Made by a program: the position numbers and the translations under genes. From Negaprion brevirostris (taxonomy: Eukaryota), in assembly GCA_030324005.1 (NCBI GenBank), contig JARDVH010000160.1, forward strand, positions 16,407,204 to 16,471,203: DNA of 64,000 nucleotides. The letters are read 5' to 3'. Positions within the stretch are counted from its first letter, which is position 1. Every line of letters begins with the position of its first letter. Shown one piece after another: positions 12,531-24,615 of this stretch. The notes beneath the pieces are model-generated. The model was not told the DNA's origin. It did no database searches and saw only the letters and a list, made by a program, of their open reading frames with translations.

Positions 12531-13604
12531 GTATGTTTCAGAATAAACACAAAAGTACAGATGCAAATAGATTATATGCTATAAAATTCCACCTTTTGGC
12601 TAAGATCAAGTGTAGTATTGACATGCTGTACTTGGTTGAAGTCATTAGGTTACATTTTAGCTTCATTTNNNNNNNNNNNNNNNNNNNNNNNNNNNNNNNN
12701 NNNNNNNNNNNNNNNNNNNNNNNNNNNNNNNNNNNNNNNNNNNNNNNNNNNNNNNNNNNNNNNNNNNNNNNNNNNNNNNNNNNNNNNNNNNNNNNNNNNN
12801 NNNNNNNNNNNNNNNNNNNNNNNNNNNNNNNNNNNNNNNNNNNNNNNNNNNNNNNNNNNNNNNNNNNNNNNNNNNNNNNNNNNNNNNNNNNNNNNNNNNN
12901 NNNNNNNNNNNNNNNNNNNNNNNNNNNNNNNNNNNNNNNNNNNNNNNNNNNNNNNNNNNNNNNNNNNNNNNNNNNNNNNNNNNNNNNNNNNNNNNNNNNN
13001 NNNNNNNNNNNNNNNNNNNNNNNNNNNNNNNNNNNNNNNNNNNNNNNNNNNNNNNNNNNNNNNNNNNNNNNNNNNNNNNNNNNNNNNNNNNNNNNNNNNN
13101 NNNNNNNNNNNNNNNNNNNNNNNNNNNNNNNNNNNNNNNNNNNNNNNNNNNNNNNNNNNNNNNNNNNNNNNNNNNNNNNNNNNNNNNNNNNNNNNNNNNN
13201 NNNNNNNNNNNNNNNNNNNNNNNNNNNNNNNNNNNNNNNNNNNNNNNNNNNNNNNNNNNNNNNNNNNNNNNNNNNNNNNNNNNNNNNNNNNNNNNNNNNN
13301 NNNNNNNNNNNNNNNNNNNNNNNNNNNNNNNNNNNNNNNNNNNNNNNNNNNNNNNNNNNNNNNNNNNNNNNNNNNNNNNNNNNNNNNNNNNNNNNNNNNN
13401 NNNNNNNNNNNNNNNNNNNNNNNNNNNNNNNNNNNNNNNNNNNNNNNNNNNNNNNNNNNNNNNNNNNNNNNNNNNNNNNNNNNNNNNNNNNNNNNNNNNN
13501 NNNNNNNNNNNNNNNNNNNNNNNNNNNNNNNNNNNNNNNNNNNNNNNNNNNNNNCTGGTAAATCGCTTCTGTACCCCAAGTTGATGAATTCATGGGAACC
13601 ACCG

Positions 13605-13900
13605 GACATGGTGGCACAGTGATTAGCACTGCTGTCTCACAGTGCCAGCAATCTGAGTTCGATTCCCATCTTGGGTCACTGTCTGTGCGGAGTCTGCACG
13701 TTCTCCCCATGTCTGCATGGGTTTCTCCGGGTGCTCCGGTTTCCTCCCACAGTCCAAAAAACGTGCTGGTTAGGCGTGTTGGCTATGTTGAATTCTCCCT
13801 CCGTGTACCCAAACAGGCGCAGGAGTGTGGCGACTAGGGGAATTTCACTGCAGTGAAACTTCATTGCAGTGTTAATATTTTTGACACTAATAAATAAAAT
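13605..13900 (+). mobile_element. HE1-related SINE with alternative 3' tail
   Basis: Head ggcacagtgattagcactgctg; tail gtgtggcgactagggg...ttcattgcagtgttaat...aataaataa. The same tail occurs at 21580-21860(-), 23935-23990(-) and 31040-31315(+). Confidence 0.85.
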
Positions 13901-16749
13901 TCAAAAAACTTTAGATAGCTCATTGCCAAGACGGAGAGAATGATGGCTGCATTACAGCGCAGCTGGATTGGCATTCTGCAACATGTGATCTCGGAACCAA
14001 GTCAAAAGGCCATTTTATTTGATGAACAATGCACTGTTTAACCAGAGCTGAGGACTGACGACACTAACAGGACAGCAGGCAAAACACCTGACCCATAATT
14101 TCATTTCCAAATCTCTGCTAGGAAAAAGCTGTTTGAGGCCTTTGCCACCGACTGCATCATCTGTTTTGTCCTCAGTATATTGAGGAAATTCATATTTTGG
14201 AAGATGAAGTTACATACTATTGACATAGAAAATACACATCAACTGTAGGTCTCTTAGAGATGTACTGTTTTGGACACCAAAAAATAACCAAGATATTAAT
14301 TATGCTCAGAGTTAATTAATTACATCCTTAATAAGACTTTCTTTTAATTCAAAGAAACTGATTGGATGGAAGTTTTATAATCATTTGTAAAAATCCCCAC
14401 ATTAAACAATTTTAATGCTGTCATTTCAAAAGCTATCCATGGTTGGCACAAGTTATCATTAAATTGGCAATCACATTCTATTTCAGGGTGGGCTATTCTT
14501 CTGTCAATGGGTAAGTTGAATGAGGAGGATTACTCTGTACCTGCGTCTGATGTTTTGGATCTGACAGACCTCAATACTAAAAATAGAAAAACATTCTATC
14601 TTCCAGCACTGAGGTCTTTCACCTGCTTAAGCAATGAAGGACAATGTCGTAAACACAATTTTAAAAAACACATCCTTTTAAAACATCATAGCCTTGAAAT
14701 TCATCAGCTCCCATTTTGAGGCACCTCAGACAGTAACAGCTGACAAGTGGGCAGCTCGGGAAGGATGGGTTTACCATTGCGATCGGGTTGGAGTTAGATC
14801 ACAAAAGAATATCGCAGGTATCTGCAGTATTGTTGTTGGGCAGGGCCTCAGATCTCATTCAGTGTGTGCAGGAGATGAAGAGGCAGGGGCCACAAGGTCA
14901 GTGTCAGGTGTGAGGCCCAAGATTTTAGGATTGACAAGCAGTGATGTTTATGGTAAGTACTTACCTTTAGGTCACAATTGTGGATCAAAGTTGAAAGGGA
15001 GCAGAAGCAGCCAAGACCCCTATTTATATATGTTAATTGCTTAACACCTTCTGATATGGGCAAAGGACATAGTGTTTTGATTGATCTTTACCAAAATGGC
15101 AGCCAGGATGGCCTGCAACGTAATGCTGGAAACAGAACAGCATCTGTGGCACTGAAAACCAGGGTATTATGGAACCAAGTCTCTTGCCCCATGGGGGACA
15201 GACTCTTCTGGTGAGTGAGTAAATGAGAATTATGATGGCTCTGAACTTTACAAATAGAGCAGATCCCAGGCTAAAATCACAGGTCCAAGCAGAATTATCT
15301 GGTATCAGCGAAGTGGTGATATAATTGTCTTTAATAAGTATCCAGTATTTCCTGATAGGAAAAGTAGATGCAGCTATCAGAGAAAGAATAAGATGAAGAG
15401 TAAGTTAAACCTTGACGTCCCTTTTTCAAATAGCTCACTGAAAATCAAAACCGAATTTAAAAATGTTTGCCTATCGAATGGGAATAGAGCCTACAAAACA
15501 GATTATCCTTATAATTATTAACAATTAGAAACATCAATTAAATATTGAAGGAAATATATTAAATTCTTCTCTTGTGGCCTTCAAATTATGTAGGTCATAA
15601 TTTGGTACACTAAAATTTGTGAATTGATTGTAATGTAAGATTATTAAGGCTTTTAGAATGAGGCAGAATTCACTGAACATATCATTTACTCAAACAAAAT
15701 CTTTTAAAATATCTAAGTCAATGCAGTGGCCATTCTGATTAGTCAGTATATATTTTTACTCTATTGTGTAGGTTATTTAATGAATATCTACAGCATAACT
15801 TAAACATTTCATTGCATGTAAATGTATAGATTAATGGGGATGTTGGGTTAGTGCTCATCACAGAGGAATACATACTGCTGACAATATACCACTAGTCTCG
15901 GCATGGATTACTCCCCAGCCAGTTGTGACACAGATTACATTTTTAATCTTCATGTCTGATGTATCAACTTAGAGTCAATTGATGCAGCGATAGAGAGAAA
16001 ATTTGCTTCAGACAGTAAACTTGATATGCAATCAGGTCACAGATGAAATTACAATCTTCTAACTGATTGCAATATCCAGTGTCCCATGAATATATTCTGT
16101 TACATTACTAAAGATGTCTATTAAATTACTGTAGGTATCATTTGTAAATATATTACTGCTTTAGCTTATAGTGGTGCTTCAAATGGCCTGTATTTTAATT
16201 TCTGTCCATCTTTCAACGTGGGTTTTGGTGGTCTGTATTCTTCAGTTTTGACCTTCAGGAATATTTAAGGGGATAGCTCCATTGGTTTATCAATGTCTTA
16301 TTAAGCAAGTCCGTACTTATATCATTGTATGAGCTTTTACTCACCTTGCCAGCCCTTTGTTAAAAGTCTCCAGAGCTTCCCAGTGGCTCAGCTACTTGGT
16401 TGTGGAATTGAGACTGATGGCAGGTTTATGCTTGGTTACATAATTTCATTGTGGTGATAGTTGAGGTGCTGGAATCAACTTTAAGGGCCCCAGGCTAGGG
16501 AATAATATGGTCGATTTCCCTGGTCCTCATCACCAAACTTAGTCCTGGGTGGAAGGAGTGTTATATCTATGTGCGAACATTAGGTGGAAATGGGATCTGG
16601 CTCAACTGTAACTTTACTCCATGGTCAGTCTCTCTATATTCACCATCTTGGTTTATTTGTGGTTGAGACAACTGCATCTCAGCAAGAATTGGCACCTTTA
16701 GAGTAAGGAGTGGTAATACTGAGAGGAAGAAAATTCTTATGTATAATCA

Positions 16750-16890
16750 AAGCAAATTACAGAAGATACTTGGTATTTTGAAGTAAAAACAGAAAGTTTG
16801 AGAAAAACTCAGCAAGTCTGCCAGTATCTATGGTGAGAGAAAGAGTTAATGTTTCGAATCCAATAAGACTCGTCTTCAGAATTGAAGAGT
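16750..16890 (-). mobile_element. Family B element half with hammerhead motif, just upstream of an SCN3B exon
   Basis: Minus strand TT CTGAAGA C GAGTC TTATTG GATTC GAAA CAT T AACTC at ~16843-16883. Confidence 0.6.
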
Positions 16891-16974
16891 TCTTTCGGTT
16901 TTTATTTAATTCTAAAGTATAACTTTGGCATTTTAGTAGTTCATCACCTGATGAAATCTGTGTCTTTGTGACAG

Positions 16975-17200
16975 ATTTATGAGTACAACGGAGAGCCACG
17001 AGAGGTAAAAGGACCTTATCAGGGCAGACTTCTGTGGAATGGAAGTAAAGATCTGCAAGATGTATCCATAACCATAGTGAATGTTACACTTAACGACAGT
17101 GGTCTGTATCGGTGCACGATCAAACGGTATTTTAATTATGAGATGCACAGACCTTCTGTAACAGACGTGAAAGAGGTGCAACTAACAGTGCATGAAGATG
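16975..17200 (+). CDS. SCN3B: Sodium channel beta-3 subunit, coding exon (C-terminal half of Ig domain)
   Basis: tttgtgacag| ... |gtgagg; 226 bp, in phase with the previous exon. IYEYNGEPREVKGPYQGRLLWNGSKDLQDVSITIVNVTLNDSGLYRCTIKRYFNYEMHRPSVTDVKEVQLTVHED; WNGSKDLQDVSI and NVTLNDSGLY are beta-3 signatures. Not in the ORF track because there is no start codon. Confidence 0.97.
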
Positions 17201-17544
17201 GTGAGGAGATTAAGTTCTGTGCGCTGAGAATTGCAGAATTTAATTCACAGCACTGATAATATTTCAACCTTTAAAAGCTACATGAATTTTGAGCATCCCG
17301 CAATGGGGAAAGACACTTACACGGTGCTGTTCTCAGCTTTGCACGTTTGGAAGCTCAAAACTCAATGTCTGTCCTGTGCTGATCTCAACTGAGGTAGCAG
17401 TTTGATGCTGCAATTGGGTTCAATGCCTTTGAGACAAAAATAAAGCAGGGAGGTCTTTTTGTTTGCTACCCAGTGACTTCCATTTTGTCCAATGGTGGAA
17501 CAGGTTCCTGATACTCTAACAGTAGTTTTGGTTTTCTTTACCAG

Positions 17545-17830
17545 CCTTGACCTTCGGTGACTGTCAGTGTGGAGTTTTCAACTTCTCCCCATGTCTGCAT
17601 GGGTTTCCTCCCACAGTTCAAAGATTTGCAGGTTGGGTGGATTGGCCACACTAAATTGCCCCTTAGTGTCCCAAGGTGTGTAGGTTAGGTGGACTAGCCA
17701 TAGTAAAACGTATCCAGGGTACGGGGAAAAAGTGGGGGATGGGGAGGGACTTAAATAATATACTTTTTCAAAGAAGTGGTGCAGTCTTGATGGGCCAAAT
17801 GAATTCCTTCTGCACAGTAGCGGTTCTATA
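17545..17830 (+). mobile_element. HE1-like SINE, 5'-truncated
   Basis: gtgactgtcagtgtggagttt...aaattgccccttagtgtcc...atgggccaaatg. Confidence 0.8.
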
Positions 17831-19266
17831 GAAAAACAAGCAGAGTCGAGGGAAGAGATTTCCAGTCGAGCGTTGGAAATCCAAATTTAACTTGAATCTA
17901 AAGACCCGGATGTGATACCAAACTATATGGAAATCAGAGATTAGAGCTTGAATTCTCTGACCTCGTCTACAGCTGGGATTCTCCAGTCCCCTTGCTAAGT
18001 GCCAAATTCTCCATTCTCTCTGGCAGCAGTGATGGGTCATATGGCATCAAAGAATTCCAGCTAGATGATAGAGCTGGGTGGAGGGGAATCAAATTCAAGG
18101 TCTTGATGGGAGAATGAGAAGGGAATAGGAAGTGTGGAGGATGAGGTATACAATTGCTGGTACAAAGGTGAGAGTGATGCAGCCGGCAAATTTAAAGACA
18201 CTTACCTGCCTATCCAGCAGACCCTCACTTTTGTTTAACAGCAGGTTTTATTTCCCCCCAACGTATGGGAAAAAGACAGCCAGGGTTAAATTTGAAATGA
18301 TGAATAAAAATAGGGCCGAGAGTTCATTACAATATTTAAATTGCCAACCCACCTCCAAGAATTAGGTAGGCTGCCCATTTCTCCTTCCTGTTTTGTTAAA
18401 CCAGGCAACGGGCAGGTTAGATGTGGGTTGGGTCAGGGAAGAGACTATTAAAAATTTAATACCCTCCCCCAACTCGATCCAAACTCAACAGTTTCCTGGG
18501 ATTAAAATTTGCCCCACAATTTAGGCTCAAGGATAACCACTTTTACTAGAGACCAAAAGGTTACAATGCCCTGTGAATGGTGCTTTGGCAAGAACAGCAT
18601 CTTCACAGGAGGATGTATACGGAAAGGAAGTACCATCATTAAAAATTTGGGAACGGCACCACAGTTTTTTTTCCAGGAAAGACAATGTGACATGAACATA
18701 CATGCAACAGGGAAAAGAGTACATTCTATCTTTCACCTGGATATAGCAATGATATCATTCAATTAAGTGGATTATCTGTTATTGTGAATATTCATCTAAC
18801 AGAAAATTACATTGAAATTCTTTGATCAAATTATAATTACAGGGCACTGAAGATGATTTACTGTTAATTTCTGAATGGCTAAACTGAGCTATTATAAGTT
18901 AATAGTGAATCATTATTGCCAGACATCCATATTAACTTATTCCATCATGCTATCAAGACTCTGTGATTTACAATCAACAAACAACATTGGAAACAAAGTA
19001 AATATTCTATAATTTCTTATTTATTTAGAATTTAAATAAAAGGAAAGATTGTGCAAAAATGGGAAAATTAGAAGATAATAGGAATAAGATTATATGAAGT
19101 CTTAAAGAAGTCAGCAAGCAAAGATAATGAAGAATAAGAACAAATAAGTAAAACTAAGCAACAGCCAAAGACGCATCGTCTCAAAATGAGTTTTTGCACA
19201 GGCATTAATACCCCTAAGGAAAAGAAATTACATTATCCAAGAAAAATTTGGATTCATTCACAGAAC

Positions 19267-19398
19267 ATGGCTGGAATTTTCCCAGCTCGCCTGCCCTAGA
19301 ATCAGGGTGAGCGAAGCTTGCAGAACAGCATTCTCCATTGGCCTTGGGTGACATCTTACAAGTCTCAGGTGGACGAGGGGGTAAAATTCCAGCTCATG
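19267..19398. mobile_element. Short MITE-like element; relatives at ~17945-18062, ~26563-26690, ~29605-29735 and ~61265-61390
   Basis: TIRs atggctggaatttt / aaaattccagctcat; ~120-130 bp, with a central ccatt..c..t motif shared among copies. Confidence 0.55.
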
Positions 19399-20619
19399 TA
19401 TTTGTTTGGAGGGTTAGATTCCTTTCTTCAAGTTAGAAGCTGTTCACTTGTAAGGTTAAAAATAAATACAGGGGCAAAATACATCTCCATGACCCAAAAC
19501 TTTATTTCCCCCCAAGGTATGGGAAACACAGACAGCCAGGGTTAAATTTGAAATGATGAATAAAAATAGGGCNNNNNNNNNNNNNNNNNNNNNNNNNNNN
19601 NNNNNNNNNNNNNNNNNNNNNNNNNNNNNNNNNNNNNNNNNNNNNNNNNNNNNNNNNNNNNNNNNNNNNNNNTCTAATAGGGCTAGATTCTGCTGTCAAA
19701 ATATTGATGGGGCAAAAGGCACCGCTGGTATTCATACAGAAATGGTGCAGCAACATCAGGTGAGGAATATGGTTAACAAACAAATAGCCAAATGCTACCA
19801 TCACAGTTACACCATCAACTTGTGGAAGTGGCATTTTGCCTCACTATTGACATGTAATGACTATGGTGAAATAGCTGTGTTTGCGCAGTACATAAGAACT
19901 AAATGTACTGCAGATATTTAGAGATAATAATTTCAAGTGTAAATACCTTTTAAAGCTGTAATAGCTACTTAATTACCTCTTTGACACAGAACACTAACTA
20001 ATACAAGTGTAGAGATCTTGTACCTTCAAATGTTTTGAACGTTTTGGGGAAGTTTAATAATGTATAATATTAAGTTGTTTTCTTTTCCCCCTCCTTTTAT
20101 CTAAGATTTTTCCCCCTCTCTTTCTCAACCTGATTTGATGTTGAATTTACACCCTTTACCTTTCTTCTCAGTTTTTCCACTGTTTATTTCCCATTCGTTA
20201 AATCTCATTTTTAAGGGGAGCCCAGGTTATTTTCCTTGTTTACTCAGGTCCCTGCTTGCAATGCCCTGCCACGATCAACTCACACTTTCAATAACTTTGT
20301 GGGTAAAACATTATTGAGATAAAGGATGGAGAAGCAAGATTAAATAATGACAATGCCATTAGATGTCAAGCTATTGCAACATGAAACACAGAAACTAGGA
20401 GCAGAAGTAGGCCATTTGGTCCTTTGAGCCTGCTATGCCATTCATTATGATCATGGTTGATCGCCCAACTCAATAGCCTGTTCCCGCCTTCCTCCCATAT
20501 CCTTTGATCCTTTTTGCCCCAAGAGCTGTGGTGAGTCATATAGATAAGGGAAGTCCCATGTTTGACCTTAGGCCTTTGCTATGACTGATGAGTTCAGCTA
20601 AGCAGCCATTGTGACATCC

Positions 20620-21515
20620 TCAGGCCTATCCATCTTCAGCTACTTCAACAATGACCTTCCATCATAAGGTCAGAAGTGAGGATGTTCGCTGATGATATAT
20701 TCAGCACTAATCATGGCTTCTCAAATCCTGAAGCAATCCATGTCAAAATGCAAGAAGGCCTGGACAATACACAGCTTCGGGCTGGCAAGAGGCAAGTAAC
20801 ATTTGTGCCTCATCAGTGCCATCTCCAACAAGAGAGAATCTAACCATCACCCTTGGCATTCAATGGTATTACCATCCCTGAAGCCTCCACAGTCTATGCC
20901 CTGGTAATTATTGTCCAAAAATTGAACTGAATGAGCCACAGAAACACAGTGTCTATAAGAGCAGCTCAGGGGCAAGGAATACTGTGGCAAGTAACTCACC
21001 TCCTGACTCCCCAGAGCCTGTCCAGCAACTACATGGTATAAGTCAGGAGTGTGATGGAATATTCCCCATATGCCTGGCTGAGTGCAGCTCCACCAACACT
21101 CAAGACACCCAATACCATCCAGGACAAAGCAGCCCTCTTGATTAGCATCTCTTCCGCAAACATTCAGTCCTTCCACCACTGATGCATAGTAGCAGTAGTG
21201 AGTACAATCTACAAGATCATGGCAGCAACTCAGAGACCTTAAACAGCCCCTTCCAAACCCATGACCTCTACCACCTGGAAGTTCCCCTCCAAGCAACTGA
21301 AGGTCCTGACTTGGAAATATATTGCTGTTCCTTCACTGTCGCTGGGTCAGGATCAGGGAACTCACTCCTTAACCATGCCGTGGATGTCCCCACACCACAC
21401 GAATTGTAGTGGTTTAAGAAGGCAGCTCACCTCTACATTCTCAAGGACAATTAGTGATGGGAAATGAGGTGGCCTAGCCAGCGACGTCTACATCCCATGA
21501 ATTAATCAAAAAAAA
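20620..21515 (+). mobile_element. LINE (CR1/L2 group) RT C-terminal and 3' end fragment
   Basis: aatgaccttcc...gatgttcgctgatgat (NDLP...MFADD) motif; ends in catcccatgaattaatcaaaaaa. A related piece lies at 31855-31935. Confidence 0.8.
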
Positions 21516-21579
21516 AACTACTGCAGCAGCCCTGGTGCCCAAGAGGAGAAAAGGGAAAACAGTGAAAGGCTTTTTTTTA

Positions 21580-21860
21580 AGTTTATTTATTTATTAGTCA
21601 TAAGTAAGGCTTCCATTAACACTGCAATGAAGTTACTGTGAAATTCCCTTAGTCGCCACATTCCAGCACCTGTTCAGGTCAATGCACCTAACCAGCATGT
21701 CTTTCAGATTGTGGGAGGAAACCAGAGCACCTGGAGGAAATCCATGCAGGCACGGGGAGAACGTGCAAACTCCACACACACACAGTGACCCAAGCCGGGA
21801 ATCGAACCTGGGTCCCTGGCTCTACGAGGCAGCGGTGCTAATCACTGCCTCCATACCACC
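21580..21860 (-). mobile_element. HE1-related SINE (alternative tail)
   Basis: Reverse-orientation copy of the 13605-13900 family. Confidence 0.85.
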
Positions 21861-22589
21861 AATAAAATGACTGCCTCACTGATGACCATGGAATATACGT
21901 TCATAATGTGGCCAAACAGGTTGATCATCAGTCTGTAAGTCCTTCCAACGGCAGTGGGCAAGAACGGGAGAGTTTCCTGGTTCAGCCATACTGCAGTACT
22001 TTGCCAAAGAGTAATCGTGGACCCATCCAACTGAAGTCAACAATCGCCAATGCCCTCTTAGGGCATGGAACCTGAAGGAGGAAGAGATGTTGGATGGGAA
22101 TGGGATCAGGCAGATTAAGTGGAAAGCGTTGGGAGTGTTGCCAGCAATGGTGCAATAACACACTCTCACTTTCATGTATTGAGAAGGAAAATGAGAACAG
22201 TTGCAGCTATGAAGTTGCAAAATTCTCGAGCTGATATCCTACATAACAACGACACAAAAAATTCCTTAAAGTCTCTCTTGATTGAAACACCTCAAGTAAA
22301 TCAGAGGCATTAAGTGTCTAATACTTTGTAGGTAGCCATTGATTTTAGCCATCATAATCCCAGTTACAGAGAGATCTCAGACTAAAGAGGACAAAAGTGT
22401 AGTAATGAAACGTATGTCTTGCACTCTGTGTATAACTCGTCTAGCATTCAATTACATTTCATGCTTTCAACTTAAACAGGACCTATCCCCACCACACTAA
22501 GTGGGAAAACAGGCTTCCCAGAAAGTTAGGATATAGAGCTTTGATTCTAAGACATGTCTAGCTGAATAAAGGAGAGGATTTCACATTGA

Positions 22590-22772
<183 letters not shown>

Positions 22773-24039
22773 TAAGTTACCTTAGGACACTGTACATATG
22801 TTATTTGTGCACATATTTTGAGTATGAGTTTTTTAAGATACAGCTAAGAAAATGTAATTTTTTAATGTCACTTCTGATATTCAATAGATTCAGATGGGAT
22901 GGGAGGTTTAGGGAGGATTTGAGGAAAAATTTTTTTACTCAGAGGGTGGTGACAGTCTGGAATGTACTGCCTGGAAGAGTGGTAGAGGCGGGATATCTCA
23001 TCCTTCAAAAAGTACCTGGATGAGTAGTTGGCACATTCAGGGTTATGGGGCAAGTACTGAGAAGAATAGAATTAGTCCATATTTGTTCATTGTTATTCAC
23101 TGGCTGCAGAACACAGGCACAATGAGTGTAATTTATATTCAGATGGTTCAGAACCAACCATATCTCCAGCTAAATCAAGCCTCTCTATTGTCTTTTCCAA
23201 ACTTGTAGTTTCACAATCTCATTTGAAAGGAAGTGAATAGTTACAGTTTTCTTTTTCAATATGTTAATCAGAGGTTACATTACTCTTGGGACCCCAGTGG
23301 TGTGCATGAATTTAATAATCGTGGCAAAACATCATTTAATGCCATTTTAAAAAGTCATGTTTTTCATAGCCAATGTTTTAATTGTGCTGGGGGCCGATGA
23401 GGAGCTCAGTAGGGAAGAAGAATGAGAATTGACATTTGGTCGACTCCTATTGAATCTGTTAAGGGGTTGGCAGCAGCCTGGGTCTCACAATCAATTGNNN
23501 NNNNNNNNNNNNNNNNNNNNNNNNNNNNNNNNNNNNNNNNNNNNNNNNNNNNNNNNNNNNNNNNNNNNNNNNNNNNNNNNNNNNNNNNNNNNNNNNNNNN
23601 NNNNNNNNNNNNNNNNNNNNNNNNNNNNNNNNNNNNNNNNNNNNNNNNNNNNNNNNNNNNNNNNNNNNNNNNNNNNNNNNNNNNNNNNAGTTACAGATAG
23701 TTCTCTGGCTTGGTAGGCATAGATGTGATCGGCGCAACTTGTGGGCCAAAGGGCCTGTTTGTGCGGTAGTGTTCTATGTTCTATCACATGCATCTCAGGT
23801 ATGCTTTAATTTCTAGGCCAGAGGATCTAGTCTGCTCACTAGACTTAGAGTCAGGCACTTAAAGTTATTCTCTTAAATTATTTTACTTCCCTCTGCTGTA
23901 GTTTGTTCAATAACATAAATGTTTTTTTCTGGTATCACAAGTAGGCTTACATTAACACTGCAGTGAAGTTATTGTGAAAATCCCCTAAGTTATTCTCCTT
24001 GTTATTGCTCAGTTTCAATATTCCTGGTTCCTTTCAGGT

Positions 24040-24357
24040 GACATGGTGGCACTGTGGTTCGCACTGCTGCCTTAGAGCGCCAGGGACCCGGGTTCGATTC
24101 CGGCCTCGGGTGACTGTGTGTCTGGGTCTGTGTCCCTGAGTCTGCGTGGGTTTCCTCTGGGTGCTCAGGTATCCTCCCACAGTCCAAAGATGCGCATGTT
24201 CGGTTGATTGGCCATGTTAAATTGCCCCTTAGTGTCAGTGTAAATTAATAGGGTAAATGCATGGGGTTACGAGGATAGGGTCTGGGTGGGATTGTCGTTG
24301 GTGCTGGTTCAATCAGTCAAATGTCCTCTTCCTGCACTGTAAGAATTCTCTGATTCT
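24040..24357 (+). mobile_element. HE1-like SINE in SCN3B intron
   Basis: ggcactgtggttcgcactgctgcc...gggttcgattcc...ctgcactgtaagaattct. Confidence 0.88.
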
Positions 24358-24548
24358 TTGAAGTCATACTACATAAAAGAGATGAGGGAAGATACTTCAT
24401 GGAGTTGAGTAGGCAATAACGAAAACCAATGTGTCTGCACTTAGCTGCTTTCAAGGCAGTGGTTAAATATATACACGCACATATATCTATATTCTGTTCA
24501 CAACATCCTGAAGATTCAAATTGATTTCCAATTCAATTATCATTACAG

Positions 24549-24615
24549 GACAGACTACCTGGCAATACCATCTGGAAACAAAGAGAATCACTCCACAGTT
24601 CCTGTGGAAGAGTAG
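24549..24615 (+). CDS. SCN3B: Sodium channel beta-3 subunit, last coding exon (cytoplasmic tail and stop)
   Basis: cattacag|G ACA GAC TAC CTG GCA ATA CCA...GAG TAG = TDYLAIPSGNKENHSTVPVEE*, compared with human SDYLAIPSENKENSAVPVEE*. A probable donor TTG|GTAAGA at 24648 lies 32 nt after the stop. Confidence 0.95.

Noticed and set aside
12533-13710. Long ORFs of 319-390 aa in the ORF track
   Set aside because: They consist almost entirely of an N-gap and are artefacts. The same applies to ORFs at 4694-5049, 19502-19921, 23422-23793 and 33948-34286.
18245-19572. Near-identical ~65-bp segment at ~18250-18316 and ~19500-19572
   Set aside because: The second copy runs into an N-gap and both lie in TIR-repeat sequence, so it is likely a repeat copy or assembly artefact.
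24043-24110. tRNA-like A/B boxes
   Set aside because: These are SINE heads, not tRNA genes; they continue into the V-domain and LINE-type tail.
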